Assembly (NCBI GenBank): GCA_028023455.1
Contig: JAQFVV010000007.1
Coordinates: 682,001-746,000, forward strand
Reading direction: 5' to 3'
DNA length: 64,000 nt
Source: Epiperipatus broadwayi
Taxonomy: Eukaryota > Animalia > Onychophora
Positions within the stretch are counted from its first letter, which is position 1; each line of letters opens with the position of its first letter. Positions 27,481-39,540 of the stretch are shown here, one piece after another. The notes beneath the pieces are model-generated. The model worked only from the letters and a program-made list of their open reading frames with translations, did not search any database and had not been told where the DNA came from. The translations under genes were made by a program, and so were the position numbers.

Positions 27481-28933
27481 TTATTTGGGAATGATAATGG
27501 TTTCCCATCTCATAATTCAGTCCTAATGTGATGTACTCTTACAAATGGATACCTAACATTGTAACCTTTGATTCTGTTATATTTACCTCTATTTTCTGTA
27601 CAGTTACGATAGTTTCCCAGCTTGTGAGATCACTGTTTTCCATACTGTTATAATATGTAATAATATTGCAATTTCTATTACATTGTTTATGGTGTAAGAG
27701 ACTCTCTCTAGCTTAACTCTTTTATCATTGTATGCATAAATGATTTTAATTAGAGGTTGTATTTGCTAATTGCAAGCTGGTAAATATAGATTAAAAATTT
27801 ACATTGACTAATTGTTAGATTACCATTATTAAATAAAAAAAGTGTTATTTATATTAGCCATCTAAATGAGTTTGCTTTAATAACATTTATATTTTATTAT
27901 CAATCTAAGTATCTTTCAATAGAACTCTTGCACAAATCATTATATTATACAAAATTATGTTATCACACAATTTATAATTTATTATTAAAATATTTAACTG
28001 TATATCCCTTACTATAACTTATTAGCATGTAAATTATCACTTATTGAATTTCATTCTTCTTTTGCCAGGCAGAGACATGTAACTTTGGGATTCATTGGCA
28101 CTTTACTTTATGCAACCATTATAGATGTAATCTAAATATTTATAGAGCTATTTGTGGATCAAGTTATATATTTATTTTTTAGTTATATTTTGGCTGCCTA
28201 AGTATATTCATTGTATTTTAGATTGTCCAGTTATGTAGGGCATAATTGGAGAAAGCCATTTGGTTAATAGTATTTTCTATTAGATTTATGGTTAACCAAA
28301 TTTGTAGGGCATTTATTTAACAGTCAGTTCCAGTTAATTTTGGGACATATTATTTATTGGTAATCAGCTTGTTCTTACTATTATATTTAGTATTGTTGTT
28401 CATCATCTTTTATTTTCCATTACATTATTTATATTTTCGAGTTTCTATTTTGTGAAAAAATATTTTATATAACAATGTTATTAATCATTACTATAAGAAT
28501 ATTATATTATATATTTTTCATTATTACATTTTTAGTAGGTCTTTCAAGATTATAATAAGTATTACTGCATTACATTAAATAAAAGTACATAGTGTAGTGT
28601 TGTTTTTTTTAAATACAACACCTCTTTTTTTTGGAAACAAATGAACGAGCCTATTGATAATATTTTTCTAGCTCACTATTGGTTAAAATGAAATAAGACT
28701 GAATCTATTCAAGTGAATATTAATATTACTTATTGTTCATAGTTTTACAAGAAATCTCAATATTATAATGTGAACATTCTAAAACTTATTTGTATATAAT
28801 CATAAAAAGAAAAGAAGCTAAAATAAAAGTAAACTCAGTCACTGACTATTTTAATAAGTGATTAATAAGTAAAATTTATAATTAATTCATTATTGACAAT
28901 AATTATTTTTATTTTATTAAAATAAAATTTTAG

Positions 28934-29090
28934 CTTTGAGAAAGGAAGAGTTATTTTACGAAAAGGACACATTGGATATTGTTTCTATTTGATCTTTTCT
29001 GGAGGTGTCTGTATTATTCTTGATAAAGATGAATCTACTGCTTTTACCAAACAAAAGGTGAATGTGCTTCGAAAAGGAATGGCCTTTGGA
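28934..29090 (+). CDS. CNBD2: Internal exon encoding the first half of a cyclic-nucleotide-binding domain, CNBD2-like
   Basis: ttttag acceptor and gtaagt donor; 157 nt with an open frame FEKGRVILRKGHIGYCFYLIFSGGVCIILDKDESTAFTKQKVNVLRKGMAFG, matching the cNMP beta-roll G..I...G..G..FY.I.SG.V...L..G..FG. Orthology is recognised from memory only. Confidence 0.75.
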
Positions 29091-31026
29091 GTAAGTAATT
29101 AGTTAATATTATTTTAATTTTATAATAAAACGATTAAAAATAATTTTACGTATAATACATTATTTTAAAACTTCAAAATCATATGTTTGAATTCAATATC
29201 AATTCAGAATTTTATATATTTTTTTATTCTATATGTTTATAAAGTTCTTTTAGAAATTAAAAACTCAAAACTCTATATGTCACCTCTTGCTGATTTGCAT
29301 AAAAAGACATTTTCTGATATAATTACAATATTTGCAATACCTTTTGGCCTTTGGGTGAATATTGTTTTATAATTAGATGGAGTACTTTGGACTGATTTTG
29401 ATTTCCCCTTATCAGTGATTTGCCTTTATTTTTGAAATTCCTCCCGCACTACTGTTTTATAATTAATGTTGTCATAATAGTTTTTTGAATTTATTTTATT
29501 TAATTTCTTCTGCTTTAAAAAAAATTGTTTATTTTATGTATTGCTTTTCAATGTTTCTTAATCTTAACACAAATAGTATTATTTATTTTTTTTACTTTTT
29601 TGTACATAATGTACATGTATGGAATTCTTCATCTGAGTGCCTTTTGTCTTTTTATAATACTCAATTGTTCAACTTCTAAATAATGAATATAAATACTAAA
29701 CAAAGTATTATACGGCTCCTTCAGCTCACATTTAACATCTGTATTAATAGTGGTAAACTTCACTATCATTTTTGTTTAGAAATATCTGTCATATGCATGA
29801 GTAATCACCAAACATAGAATTATCAAGTAATATAATACCATTGTTTGGGACATACTACTTTTATGCTAAATGATTATACTGACCTGGTGGATCTATAGGT
29901 ATAAGTAAATTTGGATTAGGTTCAAAACCTTAAAGTAATTTAAGACTTAAATTATAAAATTACTAGCTTGGATAGTATAAAAGAAATAAAGTTAGCTGCA
30001 TTTGAATATACACAATTCAAAACTTTTCACTAATGAAAGTCTATAGCCAGAAAAAATAGATTTTTTTAATACTGCCATCTAGTATCAATCACTCATTTAG
30101 AGAAGAGTGACAAAATAGATTATAGCTCTTAACCACCTTGAAATGCAGCAAACCTTTTACACATTTCAGCATTTTCTGATGTTTTTTTCTTTGCCTCACA
30201 CATCAACATAAAATATATGATAAAATGATTGTTACTTATCAGAAAGTAATACATTTGACTTCATTTGATAGATATTTTTGTTTACTATTAAAATAAATTT
30301 TAAATGTTCACATTTTATTTCTGTAACTATTAAAAAATGAGGATGTATTCAAAAAAAAGACTTTACACATCTTCATTTCTAGAAAGATTATTTTTACTTT
30401 ATAAAATCAATGAAATATTTCTTAATTCTTATTATTGTTAAACATCCCAATAAATATTTATTTATTTCTCTTATATCTAACGAATTATGCTTTAAAGATT
30501 TAAATTTTTTTGAATATTTATTGCAAATAAATATAAAATAGATTGTTTACATCAAAGCTAATCTTATAAATTTCTTCAGGCCATATTTATGTTAGCTGCT
30601 AATATAACATTATATCTTTGAAAATAAAGTATTTCAAGTGAAAATAAATTATTAATAATTTATATTTCTTGATATATAATATATATAGTGTAAATTATTT
30701 TTAAAATATTATCTTAAACCATAATAAATTTGCAAATAAACATGTTTTTGCATCATTGAAACTACAATGTCATAAAACACCAAACGTTTTACAGCCGTGG
30801 CAAAAGACAATGACTAAACATGTCAGGGTGGGGCTTAGGTCTATTGTAAGGGTGAGAAAGTTGAATTTCCTGCCTTTTAGTGCAAAATTTTTGGCAAAAA
30901 ATTTACAATAAAATATACCATTTTACACTCATTTTAATGATAATACTTATGAAAAAATTCACCAGGGGCAAATTGATCAAAAAACAAAATAATTTGTGAC
31001 AATGGATCAAAAAGTAAATGTAAAGA

Positions 31027-31173
31027 CTGCTGCTGCTCCTTCTGCTACTACTACTATAATGATGATGATGCTGACTACTACTACTGCTACTGCTGTTCCA
31101 CCACTACTACTTCTGCTGCTGCTACTGTTACTGCTACTTCTACTACTACTTCTACTATTACTAGTAGTAGTAG
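31027..31173. repeat. Tract 0: degenerate (TAC/TGC)n ending in an inverted (TAG)4
   Basis: Visible trinucleotide periodicity, abutting the 3' end of stub D. Confidence 0.95.
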
Positions 31174-32498
31174 TTTAAAAGATACTTTATATGATTAAAT
31201 TGTTGATACAATCATGTTCCACCATATTATGTGAATAATGTTTTACATACAATAAATTGTTCACATTGGCTATGCAGATATTTTACAAGATTATACTGAT
31301 AAATATTGGACATATTTTATAAAGAAGTTTCTACATATAAATGAAATTTTATAATTTTAAACATAAACATATGGTTATCAGTTTATCACCTTAAATTTTT
31401 CTATTCACAGTGACATGGGTAATGAAACCAGATTCCATGTAGCTCCAAAATTATCTGCAGGTGCAAGAGTATGATCTCTTAATTTTTGACAATTTGTTCA
31501 AGAATTTGGATTTCAAACCTTCATGATGAAAAATTAAAGACAAAATGGCATCTAATATCCCAAAGAGTGAAAAGAAGATAAGTAATAACTCTAATCAGTG
31601 GGAATAACCTTCTTTTAGTATTTTGAAAAATGAGGTTAATTGTTGTTATTTGAGAGTGAATAATTGTTGAGATAAGTTGATATGTTTGTAAACTAGAACA
31701 TGTATAGGAGAAATGGTTTCTTCATCTTTCCTACACATTCCACTTATTGCATCAATATTTGCATATGTCATTTTATTGGCTATAAATACATTTGTGGGTA
31801 GAGCTTTTAGATATATTTTAATTAAAAAAATCTAAATATTTAGACTCCAAGTGCTCAAATTTATACTTCCTTATAATGTATGTATTTGAAATAGTGTGTA
31901 ATGATGGGAGCACTTGTTGATTTGTTTCATTGATAATGTCATTAGCTTTCCAATGGGAGATTTTATGGGAGGGAAATTTAATTAGTGGCTTGGTATGTAT
32001 GGAAATACTTTCAAAAAGCTTTTTAATATATTTGTTTTCTATTGGTTGTGGTGTATCTGTGGGTGTAATTGGAAAAAAACATTCAATATTAGAAAAAAAC
32101 TTTATAAGCCATGTTCTCTCATTGATTGCTCTTTGTATATAAAAGGTTGAAATACTATGTAATAATAGACCATTATGCTTTAAAAAATTTGCATGTTTTA
32201 ATGCTTATAGACACTATCTTTTTCCCCCAAAATAAATTTGATGCATAATGAATTGATTTTATTTATAAATGAGTTGGTGTATTTTATGACTGGCACATAG
32301 TAGTTCATCATTGGAAAAGCTATCATGTTAATTAAAGATATCTTTGCATGTATAGAAAGATAAGCTCTTGAGAAGGAATTAATAATTTTATCTATAGAGT
32401 CTAAAGGCTGATTTTGAATCATTATTTGCATGTTATTATATCTTTTACTTAAAAGAAAACCTAAAAAACTCATAGAATGTGCTTTACAAATACAGGTA
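31174..32498 (-). mobile_element. Stub D: decayed 5'-truncated L1/Tx1-like copy
   Basis: LDSIDKIINSFSRAYLSIHAKISLINMIAFP is homologous to element A ORF2; LESKYLDFLIKIYLKALPTN near 31800; 3' end resembles that of family B. Confidence 0.85.
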
Positions 32499-32536
32499 AC
32501 TACTACTACTACTACTACAACTACTACTGCTACTAT

Positions 32537-32568
<32 letters not shown>

Positions 32569-32722
32569 AAATGACTACTATGACTAATACAGTGACTACT
32601 ATGACTACTACTTCTACTGCTACTACTACTGCTACTACTACTGCTACTACTACTGCTACTACTACTGCTACTACTGCTAATACTACTGCTACTACTACTG
32701 CTACTACTACTACTACTGCTAT

Positions 32723-32758
<36 letters not shown>

Positions 32759-32824
32759 CACCACCACTATTACTACTACTACTATTACTACTACTACTAG
32801 TAGTAGTAGTAGTAGTAGTAGTAG
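32499..32824. repeat. Tract 1: (TAC)n with TGC/CAC variants and a terminal (TAG)n inversion
   Basis: Direct reading. Confidence 0.97.
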
Positions 32825-33840
32825 TTTTAAAGTACTTTATTTGATATCGTAAGTACATTTATGAAAATACAATTTTAAAACATGTTACAAGAGCTAATCT
32901 ACAATTTAGAATTGAAAAGTATTAACAAAATAAGTATTATATATACATGAAATATTTTTACATTAATAATGTTGAAAAATTGAGGAAGAAAATTAATCAA
33001 TATAAGTAACAATATTGAATACATATATGCTAACGAAAACTCTCACTTAATTTTTCCCAATTTGCCAATATACAATTTTAAAACATGTTACAAGAGCTGA
33101 TCTACAATTTAGAATTGAAAAGTATTAACAAAATAAGTATTATATATACATGAAATATTTTTACATTAATAATGTTGAAAAATTGAGGAAGAAAATTAAT
33201 CAATATAAGTAACAATATTGAATACATATATGCTAACGAAAACTCTCACTTAATTTTTCCCAATTTACCAATAAAGAGAGATTTGAGTTGTCGAGATGTG
33301 GGGTTAAAACAGAAATGACATCTCAGAAACCAAAAGGTAAAGAGAAGGAAAATTGTGATTCTGATAGAAGGAAATAGACCTCTCTGGATGCTGTTAATGA
33401 GCATTTGAAGAGATGTAATGTGTGATTTTATGATAGATGCAATTAGTGTTCTGTATGGTTAAAGTGCTATGCATTGAAGCAAAAAATGCACTATGGTTTT
33501 TTCATCTTTTTGGCAAAGTTGGCACTCAGCATCAATATCAGCAAAAGGCATTTTTTTGGATAGAAAGCTATTGGTAGGAAGAGCTTTAATGTTGATTTTT
33601 ACAAGAAAGTCAAGATATTTCGGCTCCAACTACCAAAATTTGAATTTTTTAATAATTTGTTTGTTAGTGATTGTAATTAAAGATTGTCGTGTGAGAGTAG
33701 TATCTATCATATTTGCATGTTTGAATGCTTTCCAGTATGTGATTTTTTCATTGGCAATATTTTTATTTGTGTTGAAATAAGTTTTATAAGTTTTAATGAG
33801 GTTGTTTAAAAATTTGTTATTACTGGGAGGGGGTGTGTCT
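32825..33840 (-). mobile_element. Chimeric stub: family-C zinc-finger region joined to a family-B 3' UTR, with a 203-bp tandem duplication
   Basis: 33274-33840 matches 38234-38660; 32825-33070 matches the family-B 3' UTR; 32868-33070 is repeated at 33071-33273. Confidence 0.85.
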
Positions 33841-33880
<40 letters not shown>

Positions 33881-34066
33881 TACTACTTTTACTACTACTA
33901 CTACTACTATTACTACTACTACTACTACTACTACCACTACCACTAACACTACCACTACCACTACCAATACCAATACCACTACCACCACCCCCACCACTAC
34001 TACTACTACTACTAATACTACTACCACTACTACTACTACTTCTACTACTACTATTACTACTACTAG
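33841..34066. repeat. Tract 2: (TAC)n with a CAC/CAAT core
   Basis: Same internal pattern as tract 5 (38663-38896). Confidence 0.95.
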
Positions 34067-34711
34067 ATTTAAAGTACTTTATTTGATATCATAAGCACAT
34101 ATATGAAAATACAATTTTAAAACATGTTACAAGAGCTGATCTACAATTTAGAATTGAAAAGTATTAACAAAATAAGTATTATATATACATGAAATATTTT
34201 TCCATTAATAATGTTGAAAAATTCAGGAAGAAAATTAATCGATATAGGTAACAATATTGAATACATATATGTCAACAAAAACTCTCACTTAAAGTGCAGT
34301 TAAATACGATTCATTTTTCACAGTCGTGTTGGTAATTTAATCAAACTCCAAGTGGCTGATACTATATCTATTGGAGCTAGTGCCTGATCTCTTGTTTTAA
34401 TTTTTGCTAACTTATTGAGAAAGAGTGATTTAAGTTTACAAGATGTGGAATTGAATATAAAGTAGCATCTCATAAACCAGGGTGTGTATAGTATAAAGAT
34501 TGTTATTCTTATTGTTGGTAACAACCCTCTTTAAATATTTTCTATTAATATTGTCAATGAGCATTTTTGTAATGGGTTATATCTGCAATTAGTTCTAGAT
34601 ATGTTTTGAGGGATGTACACTGAGAAATAAAATGTTCCACTGTTTCTTCTTCTTTATTACATAGTTGACAAATGGCATCTATGTTTGGAGATTCCATCTT
34701 CCAAACAGAAA
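34067..34711 (-). mobile_element. Family-B 3' stub 1 (~645 bp)
   Basis: Matches 47656-48270; encodes CQLCNKEEETVEHFISQC...DQALAPIDIVSATWSL. Confidence 0.92.
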
Positions 34712-34804
<93 letters not shown>

Positions 34805-35228
34805 CGCTGCCACTGCTACTGCTACTGCTACTGCTACTAATACTATTACTACTACTACTACTACTACTACTACTGCTGCTGCTGCTACTGCTACTGCTAA
34901 TACTACTACTACTGCTACTGCTGCTACTGCTGCTGCTGCTACTGCTGCCACTGCTACTGCTACTGCTACTACTACTATTACTACTACTACTACCACTACC
35001 AATACCTCTACCACTACCAATACCACTACCACTACCACTACTCCTACTCCTACTTCTACTTTTACTGTTACTTCTAGTCCTACTCCTACTCCTACTCCTA
35101 CTCCTCCATTCCTCCTACTCCTACTCCTACTACTAATTCTACTTCTACTCCTACTACTACTACTACTACTCCTACTCCTCTTCCTACTACTACTTCTCTT
35201 CCTTTTCCTCCTACTACTACTACTCCTA

Positions 35229-35274
<46 letters not shown>

Positions 35275-35304
35275 AACTACTACTACGACTACTACTACTT
35301 CTAG
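34712..35304. repeat. Tract 3: TAC>TGC>TCC modular trinucleotide tract
   Basis: Direct reading; one CCTCCATTCC phase shift at ~35105. Confidence 0.97.
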
Positions 35305-35950
35305 TTTTAAAGTATTTTATTTGATATCATAAGTGCATGTATGAAAATACAATTTTAAAACATGTTACAAAAGCTGATCTACAATTTAGAATTGAAAATT
35401 ATTAACAAAATAAGTATTATATATACATGAAATATTTTTACATTAATAATGTTGAAAAAATGAGGAAGAAAATTAATCAATATAAGTAACAATATTGAAT
35501 ACATATATGACAACAAAAACTCTCACTTAAAGTGCAGCCAATATGCGATTCATATTTCACAGTGGTGTTGGTAATTTAATCAAACTCCAAGTGGCTGATA
35601 CTATATCTATTGGAGCTAGTGCCTGATCTCTTGTTTTAATTTTTGCTAACTTATTGAAAAAGAGTGATTTAAGTTTACAAGATGTGGGATTGTATATAAA
35701 GTGGCATTTCATAAACCAGAGTGTGTATAGTATAAAGATTGTTATTTTTATTGTTGGAAACAACCCTCTTTGAATATTTTCTATCAATATTGTCAATGAG
35801 CATTTTTGATTATGGGTTATACCTGCAATTAGTTCTCGATATGTTTTGAAGGAAGTACACTGAGAAATAAAGTGTTCCATTGTTTCTTCTTTATTACATA
35901 GTTGACAAATGGCATCTATGTTTCAAGATCTTCATCTTCCAGCCAGAAAA
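35305..35950 (-). mobile_element. Family-B 3' stub 2
   Basis: ORF 35557..35880 (MEHFISQC...ATWSLIKLPTPL); same 5' breakpoint as stubs 1 and 3. Confidence 0.92.
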
Positions 35951-36580
35951 ACTACTACTACTCCTATTACTACTGCTATTGCTGCTGCAGCCACTGCCGC
36001 TGCCACAGCTACTGCTACAGCTACTGCTACTACTGCTAATATTACTACTACTACTTCTGCTACTGCTACTGCTAATACTACTGTTACTGCTGCTACTGCT
36101 GCTGCTACTGCTGTTACTGCTGCTACTGGTGCTACTGCCGCTGCTGCTACTCCTACTGCTACTGCTACTGCTGCTACTACTACTACTACTACTACAACTA
36201 CCACTACCACTTCTCCTACTCCTACTCCTACTCCTCATCATACCCCTACTCTTCCTCCATTCCTCCTACGACTACTCCTACTACTACTCTTAATCCTACT
36301 ACTACTCCTACTCCTAATACTACTTCTACTCCTACTCCTACTACTACTCCTACTCCTACTCCTACTATTACTACTACTACAACCACTACTACTTCTACTA
36401 CTACTACTACTACTGCTACTGCTACTGCTACTACTGCTACTACTGCTACTGCTGCTACTGCTGCTGCTACTGCTGCTGCTGCTGCTGCTACTGCTACTAC
36501 TACTGTTATTACTACTACTACTGCTACTTCTACTGCTGCTGCTGCTACTGCTGCTGCTACAGCTACTGCTCCTGCTGCTG

Positions 36581-36611
<31 letters not shown>

Positions 36612-37818
36612 CACTACCATTACCACTACCTCTACCACTACCCCTACCCTTACCTCTACACCTACTTCTACTACTACTCCTACTCCTACATTAACTTCTA
36701 TTCCTACTTCTACTCCTACTGTTACTCCTACTCCTACTATTACTTCTCCTCCTACTCCTACTCCTACTCATCCATTTCTCCTACTGTCACTCCTATTACT
36801 ACTTCTACTCCTACTCCAACTAATCCTACTCCTACTACTACTACTACTCCTAATTCTACTTCTACTACTACTACTACTACTACTATAACTACTACTGCTA
36901 CTGCTGCTGCTGATACTGCTACTGCTTTTGGTCCTACTGCTGTAACTGCTGCTAACTGCTGCTACTGATGCTGCTGCTGCTGCCATTGCTACTGCTACCT
37001 GTACTGCTACTGCTACTGCTATTACGACTACTACTAATACTATCACTACTACTATTTCTACCCCTGCCTCTACCCCTACTCCTACACCTACTCCTACTCC
37101 TACTCCTACTTCTACTCCTACTGTTACTCCTACTCCTACTTTTATTCCTACTCCTAATCCCACTCCTACTCCTACTCCTCCATTCCCCTTACTCCTACTC
37201 TGACTACTACTCCTAATCCTACTCTTACTCTTACTCCTATATTCCTACTCCTACTACAACTACTACTACTCCTAATTCTACTCCTATTGCTACTACTACT
37301 ATTACTACTACTGCTACTGGTACTGCTGCTGCTGCTACTGCTGCTGCTACTGCTACTGTTACTACTAATACTACTGCTACTGCTGCTACTGCTGCTACTG
37401 CGACTGCTAATACTACTACTACTACTACCACTATTACTACTGCTGCTGCTACTGCTACTACTACTGCTAATAATACTGCTACTGCTGCTACTGCTGCTGC
37501 TGCTGCTACTGCTACTGCTACTACTACTACCAATACTACATCCATGACTTTCATCCCTACCCCTACTGCTACTCTTACTTTTCTTTTTACTCCTACTCCT
37601 ACCCCTCTTCCTCCTCCATTCCTCCTACTCCTACTCCTACTACTACTCCATCTCCTAATCTTACTTTTACTCCTCCTCCTACTACTACGACTATTACTAC
37701 TACTACTACTACTACTACTACTCCTACTACTCCTGCTCCTCCTACTCCTGCTCCTACTTCTACTAGTACTACTACTACTACTAGTAGTAGTAGTAGTAGT
37801 ACTACTACTACTACTACT
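35951..37818. repeat. Tract 4: ~1.9-kb modular (TAC/TGC/TCC)n tract
   Basis: Four CC(T/A)TCCATT modules; ends in (TAC)n(TAG)n(TAC)n. Confidence 0.97.
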
Positions 37819-38662
37819 TTTAAAATATATTTTATTGGCAGTTTATTTGGTTACATTTTTTTCTTTATAAAAAAATAGAAAATAAGTACAATTTATAGTA
37901 AAATTGAAAAAAAGGAAAGATACATAATTAATGATATTGGACAATTAAAATATTAGAACATCTTATTATAATTACATATATCAATTGTTGAATTGTAGTT
38001 TTTTTTGTCTTTCTTAATGCTCAATTGTGTTTCAGTGGTAATAATATAAAAATTAAAAAATAAATATCTAATACAACAAAAAGATTAAGAAGATATAACA
38101 ATAATAATAAAAATAAATGTATATCCATAGGTCACAGAGGAGAGGGTAATGTAATGAGGCTCCATGTTGCTGCAAATATGGCTGCAGGTGCCAAGGTTTG
38201 TACCCTGAGCTTAATTTTTCCCAATTTGCCAATAAAGAGAGATTTGAGTTATTGAGATGTGGAGTTGAAACAGAAATGACATCTCAGAAACCAAAGGGGA
38301 AAGAGAAGGAAAATTGTGATTCTGATAGAAGGAAATAGACCTCTGAACATTTGAAGAGATGTAATGTGTGATTTTGTGATAGATGCAATTAGTGTTCTTT
38401 ATGGTTGAAGTGCTATGCATTGAAGTAAGAAATGTTCTATGGTTTCTTCATCTTTATGGCAAAGTTGGCAATCATAATTTCTTTGATAGTGATTGTAATT
38501 AAAGATTGTGGTGTGAGAGTAGTATCTATCATATTTGCATGTTTGAATGCTTCCCAGTATGTGACTTTTTCATTGGCAATATTTTTATTTGTGTTGAAAT
38601 AAGTTTTATAAATTTTAATGAGGTTGTTTAAAAATTTGTTATTACTGGGAGGGGTGTGTCTG
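37819..38662 (-). mobile_element. Family-C 3' stub with its native 3' UTR
   Basis: C-terminus GKLGKIKLRVQTLAPAAIFAATWSLITLPSPL is homologous to the ORF2 end of families A and B; internal deletion relative to the 33 kb copy. Confidence 0.88.
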
Positions 38663-38697
<35 letters not shown>

Positions 38698-38896
38698 GTA
38701 CTACTACTTCTACTACTACTACTACTACTACTACTACTATTATTATTATTATTACTACTACTACTACTACCACTCCCACTAACACTACTACTATACTACC
38801 AATACCACTACCAATACCACTACCACCCCCAACCATCACCACCACTACTACTACTACCACTATTACTACTACTACTTCTACTACTAGTACTACTAG
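38663..38896. repeat. Tract 5: (TAC)n with a CAC/CAAT core
   Basis: Parallels tract 2. Confidence 0.95.
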
Positions 38897-39540
38897 TTTT
38901 AAAGTACTTTATTTGATATCATAAGTACATGTATGAAAAAACAATTTTAAACCATGTTACAAGAGCTGATCTACAATTTAGAATTGGAAAATTATTAAGA
39001 AAATAAGTATTATATATACATGAAATATTTTTACATTAATAATGTTGAAAAAATGAGGAAGAAAATTAATCAATATAAGTAACAATGTTGAATATATATG
39101 TGACAACAAAAACTCTCACTTAAAGTGCAGCCAATATGTGATTTATATTTCACAGTGTGTTGGTAATTTAATCAAACTCCAAGTGGCTGATACTATATCT
39201 ATTGGATCTAGTGCCTGATCTCTTGTTTTAATTTTTGCTAACTTATTGAGAAAGAGTGATTTATGTTTATGAGATGTGGGATTGAATATAAAATGGCATC
39301 TCATAAACCAGAGTGTGTATAGTATAATGATTGTTATTCTTATTGTTGAAAACAACCCTCTTTGAATATTTTCTATCAATATTGTCAATGAGCATTTTTG
39401 ATTATGGGTTATATCTGCAATTCGTTCTCGATATGTTTAAATGAAAGTACACTGAGAAATAAAATGTTCCATTGTTTCTTCTTTTTACATAGTTGACAAA
39501 TGGCATCTATGTTTGGAGATCTCTATCTTCCAGCCAGAAA
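38897..39540 (-). mobile_element. Family-B 3' stub 3
   Basis: ORF 39143..39388; ends at catcttccagccagaaa like stubs 1 and 2. Confidence 0.92.

Noticed and set aside
32825-39540. CRISPR-like repeat-spacer array
   Set aside because: The recurring units are 0.6-1 kb LINE 3' ends separated by microsatellite, in a eukaryotic context with no cas genes.
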